Positions 10,535-20,828 of a stretch of DNA of 38,459 nt are shown here, in pieces. Source of the DNA: a virus (taxonomy: Duplodnaviria > Heunggongvirae > Uroviricota > Caudoviricetes); the IMG/VR virus record IMGVR_UViG_2896607866_000012, positions 1 to 38,459 of that record, one strand, 5' to 3'. Positions within the stretch are counted from its first letter, which is position 1. The number at the start of each line of letters is the position of its first letter. Under the pieces are notes generated by a model. That model was given only the letters and a program-made list of their open reading frames with translations, did not search any database and was not told the origin of the DNA. Made by a program: the position numbers and the translations under genes.

Positions 10535-11037
10535 CTGTGTCGTCGCTCCGGCTTCAGTGATTTACGCAATTCCCGCGCCAGAAAATAGCGTGTCCAGCTG
10601 CGGTTCTTTTCAAGCGTTTCCACCATGAAGTTATTACGTGGAGCCAGTCGCCAGCCGCTGCCACCGGATGCACCACGATGATGGCTGCGACGACGCTTTG
10701 CCCCTCGCCTCACGCCATAGAACAAAAAAGCCGGATAAAAATCACCGGTGATACGGCGGTTTCCCTCTCCATTACGCTGGTTAGGGGCTATACGTGCCAT
10801 AAAACCAGGGCGATGTTTACTGGCTCTGGGTACCATGTAACCAATCAAACGAGCCAGGCGTCCGGTCTGATAACCGGGGTTTTCACCCGGTGCCGACCGC
10901 GCACGGCGCATCACCAGCCGACGGGCATCACGCATATGACGCTGACCAATCGTGACAAACGCCCGCCGGACACGGGCGCGGTTAAAGCGCATCTCCGCGG
11001 GCTGCTGAAAATCAACGTGCAAAAAGGAAGTCGTCAT
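10531..11037 (-). CDS. basic virion protein (tail completion / head-tail joining)
   Basis: 168 aa Arg-rich ORF; position between head-tail adaptor and gp37-like gene. Confidence 0.4.
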   Translation of the reverse strand: MTTSFLHVDFQQPAEMRFNRARVRRAFVTIGQRHMRDARRLVMRRARSAPGENPGYQTGRLARLIGYMVPRASKHRPGFMARIAPNQRNGEGNRRITGDFYPAFLFYGVRRGAKRRRSHHRGASGGSGWRLAPRNNFMVETLEKNRSWTRYFLARELRKSLKPERRHR

Positions 11038-11422
11038 TGTTGCCTCCGTGACTCTGCCTACATTCGCCCAGCTCCGTACACTCCAGCAGCAGAAAGCGCC
11101 GCGCCCCGTTCAGATCGCGCTGACGTTTCACCCGGTACACACTGTCACCGCAGACCACCTCATAATCAGCGGTGATCCCCCGGCGGTAACGAATGGTGAT
11201 GTAATGGGTGATGGCGTCCCCGGTCTGCGCGGTTTCCTGCCAGGTGGTGGCACTGGTCTGGATAACCTTCGCCCATGTCCGGAACGTAACCGGGTATTGA
11301 GGCTCCACGCCAAAGTTATCCGCGGGCATATCCACCCGCAGGCGGATCAGGACGCGTTTATTCAGTTCACCGGGGTCCGGCAGAATGTAGGTTGCGCTGG
11401 TCTGCGCCTGACGAATTTTCAT
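11012..11422 (-). CDS. head closure / head-tail adaptor protein
   Basis: 136 aa ORF downstream of gp6-like connector. Confidence 0.5.
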   Translation of the reverse strand: MKIRQAQTSATYILPDPGELNKRVLIRLRVDMPADNFGVEPQYPVTFRTWAKVIQTSATTWQETAQTGDAITHYITIRYRRGITADYEVVCGDSVYRVKRQRDLNGARRFLLLECTELGECRQSHGGNNDDFLFAR

Positions 11423-11742
11423 TGCGGAAAGTACCTGTACGGGCCGACAAGCCAGCCAAAACTCTGCGGCATGTCGAGTTTCTCCACTTCCGTAACCGAC
11501 GAGCGGTTTTCGTAAAAATGGCTGATAAGCATCAGCATCCCTAGACGAATATCATCCGGCAGGTGCAGCCCGTCCGGATCGCTGTCCGGAATGGTTTCAT
11601 CCGGTGCATAGAGCTTCCGGTTCAGATACGTTTCCGTCCGCTTTTGTGCCGCACATGCCAGCAGTTGCAGATGGTGGTCATCAGTATCGAAATCCTCATC
11701 CAGCCGGAGTTGGGCTTTAATCTCTTCCATTGTCAGAAGCAT
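11419..11742 (-). CDS. head-tail connector protein (gp6-like)
   Basis: 107 aa acidic ORF after capsid gene. Confidence 0.5.
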   Translation of the reverse strand: MLLTMEEIKAQLRLDEDFDTDDHHLQLLACAAQKRTETYLNRKLYAPDETIPDSDPDGLHLPDDIRLGMLMLISHFYENRSSVTEVEKLDMPQSFGWLVGPYRYFPQ

Positions 11743-11744
11743 AC

Positions 11745-11945
11745 TCAGCCCTCTTTACTGGTCGTGGCTTTTTTCTCTTTTGCCGCTTTACTGCTTTTTG
11801 CACTGATTCCGCGCTCTGCTAACCCGGCCTGAAGTGCAATCTCCTGCACCCGGGCAGGAAGCGCCCCGTCGTCATACTCACCGGCCTGAATGACCTCAAC
11901 ACGCATACCGTCCGGTGACCATTTCAGATCTTGTTTCAGGATCAT
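11745..11945 (-). CDS. hypothetical small protein
   Basis: 66 aa ORF between capsid and connector; Lys-rich C-terminus. Confidence 0.3.
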   Translation of the reverse strand: MILKQDLKWSPDGMRVEVIQAGEYDDGALPARVQEIALQAGLAERGISAKSSKAAKEKKATTSKEG

Positions 11946-11995
11946 GATTCTTTCACCTGTCAGAACAGGGGGCGCGGTTCCGCGCCCCTGAGTGA

Positions 11996-13201
11996 TTACG
12001 CCGCTGCAATCTTCAGCAGTTTGATGGCCTGCGAATCGACCAGCATGCCGCCGGTGCGCTTGGTGGTATAAAAACCGACAAACGGTTTATTGGTGTACGG
12101 ATCACGCAGAATGCGGGTACCGATACGGTCAACGATGGTGTAACCCCGCTTGAAGTTACCAAATGCAATAGCTTTCGCATCAGCGGCGATATCCGGCATC
12201 TGTTCGTTTTCAGCGATACCGTAACCCGCCAGAGAGGACGGTTGCCCCAGCTCCAGCCCCGGACGCCACAGATAGTTACCCTCGGTGTCTTTCAGCAGAC
12301 GGATGGCAAACAGGCTGTTGTTGTTCATCATGAACTTCGCGCCAGTGCGGTGTGCCTTACGCAGCGTGTAAATCAGTTTGATAATGGCGTCTGCGGTCAC
12401 CGTCGTCGCTTCACCGGATACAATATGCTGAAGTTTACCGAACGCACGAACCTTATCGGTTTCATCGGTGGATTCATACGCCAGGAACCCTTTTGGCTTC
12501 TTGGTGCCATCACCGGTGGTAAAGGCAATTTCTTCCTGTTCGGCAAATTCGGTCGCCAGCTCGCTGTTGATCCAGGCCTCCAGGTTGAAGAAGATATCAT
12601 CCAGCATTTTCTGAGTGGCCTGCGGGTTACCGTAGATTTCCCCCATGAAAGGTTCAATCAGTCCCAGTTTTGAGGTGGCAGTCTGGGAGCGCGCGTCAGT
12701 CTCGCCAACCCATCCGGAAGCCGTGCCGCCCAGATTCACCAGTTTTTTGTAGTCGGAACCGCCAACGGTGATCACCGTGGCTTCCTGGCGCATCACCACT
12801 TCATCTTTCAGCAGGGTGAGAATGTTGCGATCCAGTGCTTCCGGCACGGCATAGCCGCCGTCTTCATCGGTGCCCACCTGTAATGCCTTGCGCTCCAGAT
12901 CGCGCAGACCATCTTCACGGCCTTTACGCAGGAAGCCCACAAACGCTTCTTTATGCTCGGTGGCCAGTTTATTTTGCGCACCACCTGCCGGACGTTTCAG
13001 CTCAAGCAGCTCTTTTTCAAGATCGCTTTTGAGGTTTTCCAGCTCGCTGAGTTTCCCGTTCAGGGTTTCCACCTGCCCGGCAAGTTTGCCTTTTTCCTGC
13101 TCAATCGCATCCACGCGCTTGTCGTTCTTTGCTTTGAAGTCGTCAAACTTCTGCTGCAGCTCCTGCGCGACCTGTTCCACATCTTTAATATCAACCGCCA
13201 T
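11996..13201 (-). CDS. major capsid protein (HK97 fold)
   Basis: 401 aa ORF with N-terminal coiled-coil delta-like region; follows prohead protease and portal. Confidence 0.85.
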   Translation of the reverse strand: MAVDIKDVEQVAQELQQKFDDFKAKNDKRVDAIEQEKGKLAGQVETLNGKLSELENLKSDLEKELLELKRPAGGAQNKLATEHKEAFVGFLRKGREDGLRDLERKALQVGTDEDGGYAVPEALDRNILTLLKDEVVMRQEATVITVGGSDYKKLVNLGGTASGWVGETDARSQTATSKLGLIEPFMGEIYGNPQATQKMLDDIFFNLEAWINSELATEFAEQEEIAFTTGDGTKKPKGFLAYESTDETDKVRAFGKLQHIVSGEATTVTADAIIKLIYTLRKAHRTGAKFMMNNNSLFAIRLLKDTEGNYLWRPGLELGQPSSLAGYGIAENEQMPDIAADAKAIAFGNFKRGYTIVDRIGTRILRDPYTNKPFVGFYTTKRTGGMLVDSQAIKLLKIAAA

Positions 13202-13215
13202 CGTATTTCTCCTGA

Positions 13216-13902
13216 TTAGAAGTTCAGATTTTTCAGTGCATTCAGTACAGAGCCCACATCCTCAGCGTCGCGCAGGGACAGTGCGCCATAGCCCCCGGCC
13301 ATGAATGCTTTGGCCTGGGTACGGGAGAGTCCGACATCACGCAGGACTCTTTCGATTTTTTTCTGTTCGGGGATTTCACCGCGGGCCAGCGCGTTCTTGA
13401 CGTCGCTGATCCGCGCCTCGTCGTTAGACGGGAACGTCACCAGACTGACTTCCCAGAGGTCGATTTCTTTCAGCAGAAAGGCTTCTTTACTCCGGTCGTA
13501 TTCCCAGTCTTTCAGGACGTACCCAATAGAAAGGCCGGTTAACGAACCGGCCTTCATGTGTGCATGTGCGCGTTTTGCGAGGGGATCATCATCAATGAGC
13601 AACCGTCCCCTGACGTAAAGCCCGACATCGTCTTCCTTCATTTCGGTATAAACACCGATGGGTTCATCCATGCGGTGCTGCCAGAGCAGCGCAGGTAACG
13701 CTTTTCTGTCACTCCACGCCCGCAGGGAAGCAGCAAATGCCCCGGACATCACCACATCATCGTGGCTGTCCTTTACACCAAAGACGGAGCCATACCCTTC
13801 AAACTTACCGGAGTCACTGACAGATTTCAGACTCAGCGGTACATCAAGACGTTGTTTCGTCTGTATTGGCGTTATCCTTCTGCTTACCGGCTTTACTGCC
13901 AT
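13216..13902 (-). CDS. prohead serine protease (HK97 family)
   Basis: 228 aa ORF between portal and capsid; 5' end overlaps portal 3' end so true start may be internal. Confidence 0.75.
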   Translation of the reverse strand: MAVKPVSRRITPIQTKQRLDVPLSLKSVSDSGKFEGYGSVFGVKDSHDDVVMSGAFAASLRAWSDRKALPALLWQHRMDEPIGVYTEMKEDDVGLYVRGRLLIDDDPLAKRAHAHMKAGSLTGLSIGYVLKDWEYDRSKEAFLLKEIDLWEVSLVTFPSNDEARISDVKNALARGEIPEQKKIERVLRDVGLSRTQAKAFMAGGYGALSLRDAEDVGSVLNALKNLNF

Positions 13903-15085
13903 CGGAGGGTTTCGTGGTCATGTTCATCGGTGTGAGATAGACATCACCACCGGGACGCGGATTCATATCTTCCAGGTCGCGGCAGTCATTGGGAGAGTAA
14001 ATTCCCCAGTTGATCCCGGTGGCGTAGGCTTCAAAACGGGACTTCATATCCCCGCGCAGTAACGCCCCGGCGTTAAATTTGGCGTAATAAATGCCCAGCT
14101 TACTTTTTCGTACCAGTCCGGTGTTGATCCGCTGCTCAATGCGGGTCAGATACGGCACCAGTGAATAGTTGATAAATCCCAGCCCCAGCTCTTCGATATT
14201 GTTGAAGGTGGCGCGATCGGTGTTCTGCACCATATGCAATGGCACCCGGAACAGACGACAGATTTCTTCAAGCTGAAACTTGCGGGTTTCCAGGAACTGG
14301 CTGTCCTCGGCGTTCAATGCCATCGACTTCCAGTCCAGCCCCATCTCAAGGATCATCGGGCGGTGAGCATTGCCAAGCCCGGTGTGACGCTCCTCAAAAT
14401 CTTTCTTCAGGCGCTCATAAGCCTGATCCGACAGCGTCTGTTCTGTACGCAACACACCGGACGTCACCGCGCCATTGCTGAACAGTCTGGCACCGTGTTC
14501 TTCAGTCGCTGCTGCCAGCGATATTGCCTCGCGGGCATAGGCGACGGGATTCAGTCCCACCAGACCGTCCAGCGTCAGCGTGCGCACATGCCAGATATCC
14601 TCCTGGGTCAGCACATCCGTTGAGCCGTCCGGGAATGTGACCTGATAGACCGGCTCCCAGCTACTGTTAAGCTTCGGTACCACACAGCCGGGATCGACGG
14701 ACAGCAGTTCAGCCACTTCACCAAATGCTTTCACTTTGTAGGCGTAAAAGTTGCCCCGCAGGCACAGACAGGTGACCACCAGCTCCCAGAACTCCTGCGG
14801 CGTCATATAGCCATTAGGATGCGAGGAGATCAGCTTATGCAGACGTTCGCCAGTGGCTCTCTGCTTCAGACCGCCATTCAGGTGATACAGGTTGCAGGGC
14901 AACATCCCGACCGACTCCGCCAGCACCCTAACACAGGAAAAAACCGCCGTCAGTCGCATGGCCCGCTGACTGCTGATCTGCTTTCCGGTATAGGTGTCGT
15001 AGGACAACCCGATAGCATCCGCCAGCTCTGCTGGCGTGGTCACCGGTGCGTCACTTTTTCGTTGAAATAATCCCGAAAAGAACAC
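13844..15085 (-). CDS. portal protein (HK97 family)
   Basis: 413 aa ORF downstream of terminase large subunit. Confidence 0.85.
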   Translation of the reverse strand: MFFSGLFQRKSDAPVTTPAELADAIGLSYDTYTGKQISSQRAMRLTAVFSCVRVLAESVGMLPCNLYHLNGGLKQRATGERLHKLISSHPNGYMTPQEFWELVVTCLCLRGNFYAYKVKAFGEVAELLSVDPGCVVPKLNSSWEPVYQVTFPDGSTDVLTQEDIWHVRTLTLDGLVGLNPVAYAREAISLAAATEEHGARLFSNGAVTSGVLRTEQTLSDQAYERLKKDFEERHTGLGNAHRPMILEMGLDWKSMALNAEDSQFLETRKFQLEEICRLFRVPLHMVQNTDRATFNNIEELGLGFINYSLVPYLTRIEQRINTGLVRKSKLGIYYAKFNAGALLRGDMKSRFEAYATGINWGIYSPNDCRDLEDMNPRPGGDVYLTPMNMTTKPSDGSKAGKQKDNANTDETTS

Positions 15086-15266
15086 TATTTACCTCCGCCG
15101 ACAGACTGCTTGTACGGTCGAGATATCGCGCCACCAGCCACGACCAGAACAGGCACAACGCCCCGGCAACAACAAAACCCACCGGGGGATAAATCAGCCA
15201 GGCACCATACGCCAGCAAAAGCGCCCCCAGCACGCCTACCAGAGGCGCGAGAATCAGCATGATCAT
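15051..15266 (-). CDS. small hydrophobic protein
   Basis: 71 aa ORF with two predicted TM segments between terL and portal; overlaps portal start. Confidence 0.3.
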   Translation of the reverse strand: MIMLILAPLVGVLGALLLAYGAWLIYPPVGFVVAGALCLFWSWLVARYLDRTSSLSAEVNSVLFGIISTKK

Positions 15267-15277
15267 AATTACCTCAG

Positions 15278-17011
15278 TTAAAGCGAGCGGATCCCGTAGG
15301 ACTCAATGTGGTCAGACAGCGTGTCTTCTTTCTCGTACAGCATGGCTCTGCCAACCGCCATAATCAGCGCAACTGCACCATCGATTTTGTTTTCCGCCTG
15401 CTCTTTGACGGGCTTCACCACATCATCGTTACCCGGAATGGTTTTTCCGACCACGTTGCCGATACACCAGGTCATGATGGGATTGCCATCATGATGAAAG
15501 CGCCCCGATTCAATTGCCGCTTCCAGCTCTTTCATCGGGTCGGACATGTTGGTGTAGTTCTGAATGATGGTGACGGTGTTCAGGTCTTCATCAGCAAGGT
15601 CATGTGACAGCCCGGTCGCCCCGAAGGGGTCGATGGGTGACTCGCTGACCGGGCTGATTTTGTTCGCCGCTTTGGCCTCTTCGAGGATGTAGCGATAATC
15701 CACCTCTGCACCATCGGTAACGGTCAGGACGCCCATTTCCACCCATTTCTGAAAGCGTTCGGCTGTCCGGCGATCTTCATTTTTCTCGACGCTATACACC
15801 GCGTCATACGGTACCCAGAAACGCGGGGCCACACTGTAGTAATGCGTTTTACCGTCAATCTCGCGGGTATAAAGTCGCGCCATGCTGTTCATATCCAGCT
15901 TACGCTCCAGGTCAAAGGCCAGAATGCACGGCTGCCCCTCGAACTGCTCAAGGGTCAGTGATTTATCCTCGCAGCTCTGCCAGCTCACCAGGTTGAAATA
16001 CGCCGAACGCGCCGACACCTAGATATTGAGGTGTTTTGTTTTAAAGACGTTTGCCAGACGGGCGTTATTTTTCGCACGCTGCTGCTGACTTAACAAAAAT
16101 TCGCGATAAACCGACACGCCAATATTTGGATTGGCTTTTTCCAGCACCTGCGGGTCGGTCCAGTCGTCACCTTCATCAACGGTATAGATGATCCCGAACA
16201 GTTCATCGTTAGGCACCGAGCCGTTGAGCATCTCGATGACTTCCCGCCGCTTGTCGTAGCACGGCCCCTCAATGTTGTACCCGGCGGTGGTGATAGCCCA
16301 CATCAGTGGCTGACGTCGCGCCCCCATCCCGGTAAGCATCGTGGTGTAAAGCGCATCGGTGGCGTGCTCGTGATATTCATCCACCACCGCACAGTGGGGT
16401 GATGAACCATCACCGGGGTTACCGATCAGCGGTTCAAACCGCGCGCCATCCTCCGGACGATTCATGTTTGAGGCGTTAACCTCAATCCCGAACGCTTCCG
16501 TCAGCATGGGGGGGCGTTTACACATCAGTCGTGCCGGACGAAAGACTTCCCATGCCTGCTTCTCCGTCGTGGCACCGGAATACACTTCCGCGCCGAACTC
16601 GTTATCACAGGCAAAACAATACAGGGCGACACCGGCAGAGATTGCCGATTTGCCGTTCTTACGGGGGATTTCGGTATACACCTCACGGAAGCGGCGCAGC
16701 CGGGAGCCTTTATTGACCCAGCCAAACGCGCAGCAGATCACAAAGAGCTGCCACGGCTCCAGCGTGATGGGCATCCGTTTGAATGCCCACTCACCCTTGG
16801 TGTGTGGCAACAGCTGAATAAATTTCGCGGCCCGTTCAGCCAGGTCCTTGTCGAAGCGGTAACGAAACGACTTACTTTTTTCCGCCATCAGGTCATCAAG
16901 ATGGCGCTGGCAGGCCTGAATCACAAACTGGCAGGCCACAATCTTTCCGCGCACGACATCACGGGCATACTGATTGGCAGCATTTACGTTGGGGTAAGAT
17001 TTCCGGCTCAT
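15278..17011 (-). pseudogene. terminase large subunit interrupted by in-frame TAG (ATPase part 16022..17011, nuclease part 15278..16018)
   Basis: Two adjacent same-frame ORFs separated only by plus cta at 16019..16021 (minus TAG); together 578 codons. Confidence 0.75.
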
Positions 17012-17502
17012 GATTCGATGATTTTCAGAAACGGGTTAGTGGCTTTCTTCTGCCCCGCCAGGCCAATCAGACGCTGGCGGCTGCTGGGGTCGAGTCCGAG
17101 CATTGCCCCCGTACTGCTCATCTCGGACTCCTGTTCTTTTTTGGCGGTCAGCTCCGGATTTTTGACCATACCGCCCATTGCACCGGTGATGGTGTTGCCC
17201 TGTCTGGCAATATTTTTCACGGCACGTCGCCAGAACTCGTAGGCCACGCACCACCGCTCAAGCACCGCGAGGTCAGTCACGCACAGCAGGCCCTGACCGC
17301 AGAGTTCTTTAGTTGTCAGTTGCCACATGATCGTAGCGAGAGGGAGATCTTCTTCAGCGAACCACTCCGGTGGCTCAACACCTTTGATGGGCGTAAAAAC
17401 AGGTTCATCTTTATTCAGGGCTCGCTTGCCGGGGTTTCCGGCCAGCGCCTTGCGCGCCGTTGGCTTGGGGCGACGCCCGGAACGCCCCGCCGTTCCAGCC
17501 AT
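17008..17502 (-). CDS. terminase small subunit (P27 family-like)
   Basis: ORF upstream of terL; ATG at 17502 preceded by AGGAG; track start 17511 is GTG. Confidence 0.7.
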   Translation of the reverse strand: MAGTAGRSGRRPKPTARKALAGNPGKRALNKDEPVFTPIKGVEPPEWFAEEDLPLATIMWQLTTKELCGQGLLCVTDLAVLERWCVAYEFWRRAVKNIARQGNTITGAMGGMVKNPELTAKKEQESEMSSTGAMLGLDPSSRQRLIGLAGQKKATNPFLKIIES

Positions 17503-17628
17503 ATGCGGCACTCCTGGTTAAATTTCATTTTTCGCGGGTATAAAAAAACGATGGGGCGGGCAGTCCGGAAGGCGCGCGGTCGCAGAGATTTGACCTCCCC
17601 CTCCCCAGTCTGATGATGACATTAATTA

Positions 17629-18018
17629 TCACTTGAGCCGCTCACGCGCGGTCTTCGCTGCGTGACACGACCAGCACAGGCTTTCAAGGTTGCTGTCTTC
17701 ATCAGTACCGCCGTGGGCCTTCGCCTTGATGTGGTCCACGCAGGACGCCTGCTTCACTATCGCCTGCCGTAGATGGTTCTGACACAGCCCTTTGTCGCGC
17801 TTAAGTATCCGCTCCCGGATGACTTCCCACTTTGTTCCGTATCCTCGCTGCTGCCGTGATTGACCAGGCTTGTAGGACTTCCAGCCTTCACCTTTGTGAT
17901 TTTCACAGTAGCCAGATGGGTCTGTTGTGGTGTTGCGACAGCCGCGAACACGGCAAGCCTTTGGTGTGCGCGGTGGCATATTCACTCCCCAAAAAACGTA
18001 TAGCATTATCGCAGACAC
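17629..18018 (-). CDS. HNH endonuclease
   Basis: 129 aa ORF with Cys/His-rich motifs (CxxC, HxxxH pattern); canonical position upstream of terS in HK97-like cos phages. Confidence 0.8.
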   Translation of the reverse strand: MSAIMLYVFWGVNMPPRTPKACRVRGCRNTTTDPSGYCENHKGEGWKSYKPGQSRQQRGYGTKWEVIRERILKRDKGLCQNHLRQAIVKQASCVDHIKAKAHGGTDEDSNLESLCWSCHAAKTARERLK

Positions 18019-18042
18019 TTAATGAATGCCTGCTGAATGCCA

Positions 18043-18246
18043 CTAATCGTCGAGTTGCAATACACCGTGCTCAAGTGACTCTGAGTAAGCGATCAGCCCT
18101 GTGTATTCAGGGATAATCTCGCCATCATCCGCTTCGAATTCCGGGATTGTACCAGTGGTGATGGTGTATTGGGGCTGACCATCTTCTTTCGCGAATGCTG
18201 CTAGGTCTTCAATCTGCTTAGCTGTAAGAACTACTGTCATGCTCAT
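18043..18246 (-). CDS. hypothetical acidic protein
   Basis: 67 aa ORF rich in Asp/Glu; no family recognised. Confidence 0.35.
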   Translation of the reverse strand: MSMTVVLTAKQIEDLAAFAKEDGQPQYTITTGTIPEFEADDGEIIPEYTGLIAYSESLEHGVLQLDD

Positions 18247-18304
18247 ACCTCAGTTGTTAAAAAGCCCCGCTATTGCGAGGCTATGATTGACTAAAGTGAT
18301 GCTG

Positions 18305-18580
18305 TCAGGTGTGGGTCCAAATGAATTTAACAATCCCAATAATGCTAGCCAGAACGCCAAAACCAAAAATAAATTGACCACATACCCCTATGATTCCCGA
18401 TGCAATGGCACCGGCATTTGTCTGAGCATTTTCGTTTATGCTCGCCCCCACTAGATACATAATCAAACCAACTATGAGAGATGCGATAATCCAATGTTCC
18501 ACTGCTAATACAATTACAATGCTCAAAATATCTGCTAAACCATCACTATGACCACTCACTGCATATCCTTGCTTTGACAT
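18305..18580 (-). CDS. hypothetical membrane protein
   Basis: 91 aa ORF with about three predicted TM helices in a visibly AT-rich stretch; TATAAT-like element about 25 nt upstream of ATG; no obvious SD. Confidence 0.4.
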   Translation of the reverse strand: MSKQGYAVSGHSDGLADILSIVIVLAVEHWIIASLIVGLIMYLVGASINENAQTNAGAIASGIIGVCGQFIFGFGVLASIIGIVKFIWTHT

Positions 18581-18646
18581 TTGAAAAATTCATCACTGGA
18601 TTATAATTGTTTACACCCTTCATAGTCGTTCGAATATGATAAAAAA

Positions 18647-19183
18647 TCAATTGTGGGGGATAGCGTTATTTGACTCTCTCAACGAGTCGTAAATACGTTC
18701 ACACGTCATCCCGGCGGTGTAGCGTTCGTCAGCGATTCCAGCATAACGTTTAGCTTCTGCTGCAATATCTCCGAGCATGTCGGCGAACATTCCGGCGTCG
18801 GCGTCGGTTGTTTTGCTTCGGACGGCAGCGGCAAGATCAGCGGTGTGCTTTGCGGCGTCCAGGCGTGCGGCAAGCTTTGTTGCTTCGGTACGCAACTGGC
18901 TAACAGTGGCAGACAGGCCAGCAGCAGTGGCAGCAGATTTAGCGGCTTGTGCTTGTGCATCTTTTACAGCCTCATCACGGGCAATTATGCGCCCTTGTTC
19001 AATCCAGCGTGCGGCAGTCTGCGCGTTCGCTTCCTGTGAAGATTCCATGCTATTGTGGTCAGCCCACTTCTTTTGCCAGCCCCGCTCACTCCAGATGTTC
19101 CCGGCAAAAAATGCACCAGCCAACATCAGCAAAACAATGATTGTTTTCCACCGCGCCTGAACAAAAGCAAAGACCGCTGTCAT
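18647..19183 (-). CDS. Rz-like i-spanin
   Basis: 178 aa ORF with N-terminal TM and Ala/Gln-rich coiled coil, downstream of endolysin, with embedded Rz1-like ORF. Confidence 0.65.
   Translation of the reverse strand: MTAVFAFVQARWKTIIVLLMLAGAFFAGNIWSERGWQKKWADHNSMESSQEANAQTAARWIEQGRIIARDEAVKDAQAQAAKSAATAAGLSATVSQLRTEATKLAARLDAAKHTADLAAAVRSKTTDADAGMFADMLGDIAAEAKRYAGIADERYTAGMTCERIYDSLRESNNAIPHN
18706..18960 (-). CDS. Rz1-like o-spanin lipoprotein
   Basis: ORF embedded in +1 frame inside Rz; lipobox LLASC and Pro-rich C-terminus; true start probably downstream of annotated first Met. Confidence 0.55.
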   Translation of the reverse strand: MHKHKPLNLLPLLLACLPLLASCVPKQQSLPHAWTPQSTPLILPLPSEAKQPTPTPECSPTCSEILQQKLNVMLESLTNATPPG

Positions 19184-19797
19184 ACCAGCAACGCCGCCCG
19201 CGCTTTGTTATAACGACTATTTCTGTCAGCCAGTCCATTCTGGCCACCGTTGATGATCTGCGTTACACGGACAACATCACCTGAATACATCAGACAACCA
19301 CGTAATGTGAAATACCATGCAGCAGAACGGGCTGCATGTTTCTCCTGTGTCAGCAACTCTGGTGTGCTGATCAGATCCAACTTCAGCGCCGCACCGCATT
19401 TGGCGTAGTTCTCGCGGCCGGTGATTTGAAGCAGGCCACGACCGCGATATTTCCAGCCGTCACCCTGGCTGTTATTCCCCATGCGGTCACCATAAACCAG
19501 ATTGGCTATTTGCGGCTGGTGGGCTACCTGCTTACCATCGACACGCCCCAGCATTTCACACTGATAAGGCGTCAGGCGTTTACTAAAGGTTTTCTTCAGC
19601 CCGTCTACCGAGTAGTTGAAGCTTTCCACCAGCGAGGTAAAACCAGCAGATTCATGCCCAACTTGTGCAATGAACATGGCCTGATCGTTAACTGCTGTGA
19701 TTCCAAACTCTTTCATTGCAGCATCAATGTGCGGAAACCAGCGCGCAGCCAGCCCGGCGCTAATACCAGCCGCCTTTTGAAATAATTGTTGGTTCAT
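19180..19797 (-). CDS. endolysin, glycoside hydrolase family 19 type
   Basis: 205 aa ORF with GH19-like motifs; lysis cassette position. Confidence 0.8.
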   Translation of the reverse strand: MNQQLFQKAAGISAGLAARWFPHIDAAMKEFGITAVNDQAMFIAQVGHESAGFTSLVESFNYSVDGLKKTFSKRLTPYQCEMLGRVDGKQVAHQPQIANLVYGDRMGNNSQGDGWKYRGRGLLQITGRENYAKCGAALKLDLISTPELLTQEKHAARSAAWYFTLRGCLMYSGDVVRVTQIINGGQNGLADRNSRYNKARAALLV

Positions 19798-20078
19798 TAG
19801 TGCCTCAGATGATCAACCAGACGTGCAACGTTGCCTCTGACGGCCACCAGCACGGAAAGAAAAATAGTGTTCGCCACGATAATGGGCCATGAGGAATGGG
19901 GATAAATCCCACAGAGATAGGCCAACGGAACAGCACTGTATGTAACAGTAATCAGCCAGGCTAAACGTGAAACCCAAGGACGATGCCGCGAATCACCACG
20001 ACGATAAAACATCAGAGTAATAACAACACAAGCACATAACAGCGCATTTATAGTTGCTGTCGGGTCATTTAGCTCCAC
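19797..20078 (-). CDS. holin-like / lysis accessory membrane protein
   Basis: 93 aa ORF with predicted TM helices immediately upstream of endolysin. Confidence 0.45.
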   Translation of the reverse strand: MELNDPTATINALLCACVVITLMFYRRGDSRHRPWVSRLAWLITVTYSAVPLAYLCGIYPHSSWPIIVANTIFLSVLVAVRGNVARLVDHLRH

Positions 20079-20451
20079 CTGAACCTCCCCGGCGCGTTAT
20101 GAGCGCCACCAGCGAGCCGATATCCTGATTATTCAGGAACGTCAGGATTTTAACGGCTAAAGCAGAGACGATTACGGCACCAATAGCATCCAGCGGTTTA
20201 TCACTGTATCCGGTCAAGTGCGCCAGCTTGGAGCCAACCAACCCAGAGCAAAGGATCCCGGCAATATATGACACGATAAAATATGCCAGTCGGCGCGATG
20301 CACTCAGATCTGCTGCTGTTGCTATGTAGAATACAGCCCCTGCAAATGCGTCAAATACAACGCCGTAATCAGTTCCGGTCAGCAGTCCATAAACACTGGC
20401 ACCCGTCAGGGCACCACCAGCCAGCCCAGTACCGGAAATCGGATCGGACAT
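20065..20451 (-). CDS. putative holin
   Basis: 128 aa Gly/Ala-rich membrane ORF at start of lysis cassette. Confidence 0.5.
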   Translation of the reverse strand: MSDPISGTGLAGGALTGASVYGLLTGTDYGVVFDAFAGAVFYIATAADLSASRRLAYFIVSYIAGILCSGLVGSKLAHLTGYSDKPLDAIGAVIVSALAVKILTFLNNQDIGSLVALITRRGGSGGAK

Positions 20452-20530
20452 TTAGCCCCCTCTTAATTGCTGTTGGTCCTCTCAGATATGAGGGGAAGGG
20501 ATCTTAATGACAGTCTATTTATTATTTCAG

Positions 20531-20788
20531 TCAAACACTACCCTGTTGATGATTTCTCAGAAGCGAACTTGACTCCCAGGGGAAACTCAACTTTCCGTTA
20601 AAACCACCAGCAGACACTCGTTCAATTTCCACAGAAATATCACTGAGCCGTTCTTCAAGCTCTGCTTTTTCTTTTACCAGACGGTTATAGCGGCTTAGAT
20701 GAAGCTTTTGCTGCTCCAGCCAGTCTTCAAGCTGTTCAACAGTCATACCAGGGTTAAAAAAATATGGCTGCTGCTTTTCGCCCTGCAT
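20531..20788 (-). CDS. hypothetical coiled-coil protein (85 aa from internal ATG)
   Basis: ATG at 20788 preceded by GGAGG; the track's longer N-terminus (to 20857) overlaps a terminator hairpin and is rejected. Confidence 0.3.
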   Translation of the reverse strand: MQGEKQQPYFFNPGMTVEQLEDWLEQQKLHLSRYNRLVKEKAELEERLSDISVEIERVSAGGFNGKLSFPWESSSLLRNHQQGSV

Positions 20789-20800
20789 TATTGACCTCCA

Positions 20801-20828
20801 GAAAAGCAAAAACCCCGCCGAAGCGAGG
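20801..20828 (-). terminator. rho-independent terminator (tR'-like) downstream of Q
   Basis: Minus strand CCUCGC-UUCG-GCGGGG (one G-U pair) followed by UUUUUGCUUUUC. Confidence 0.45.

Noticed and set aside
9998-10588. 196 aa plus-strand ORF overlapping the gp37-like gene
   Set aside because: Entirely antisense to a minus-strand virion gene that fits the operon; no independent support.
15278-17011. Annotating the two terminase halves as separate functional genes
   Set aside because: They are in the same frame separated by a single TAG, and phage large terminases carry the ATPase and nuclease on one polypeptide; treated as one interrupted gene.
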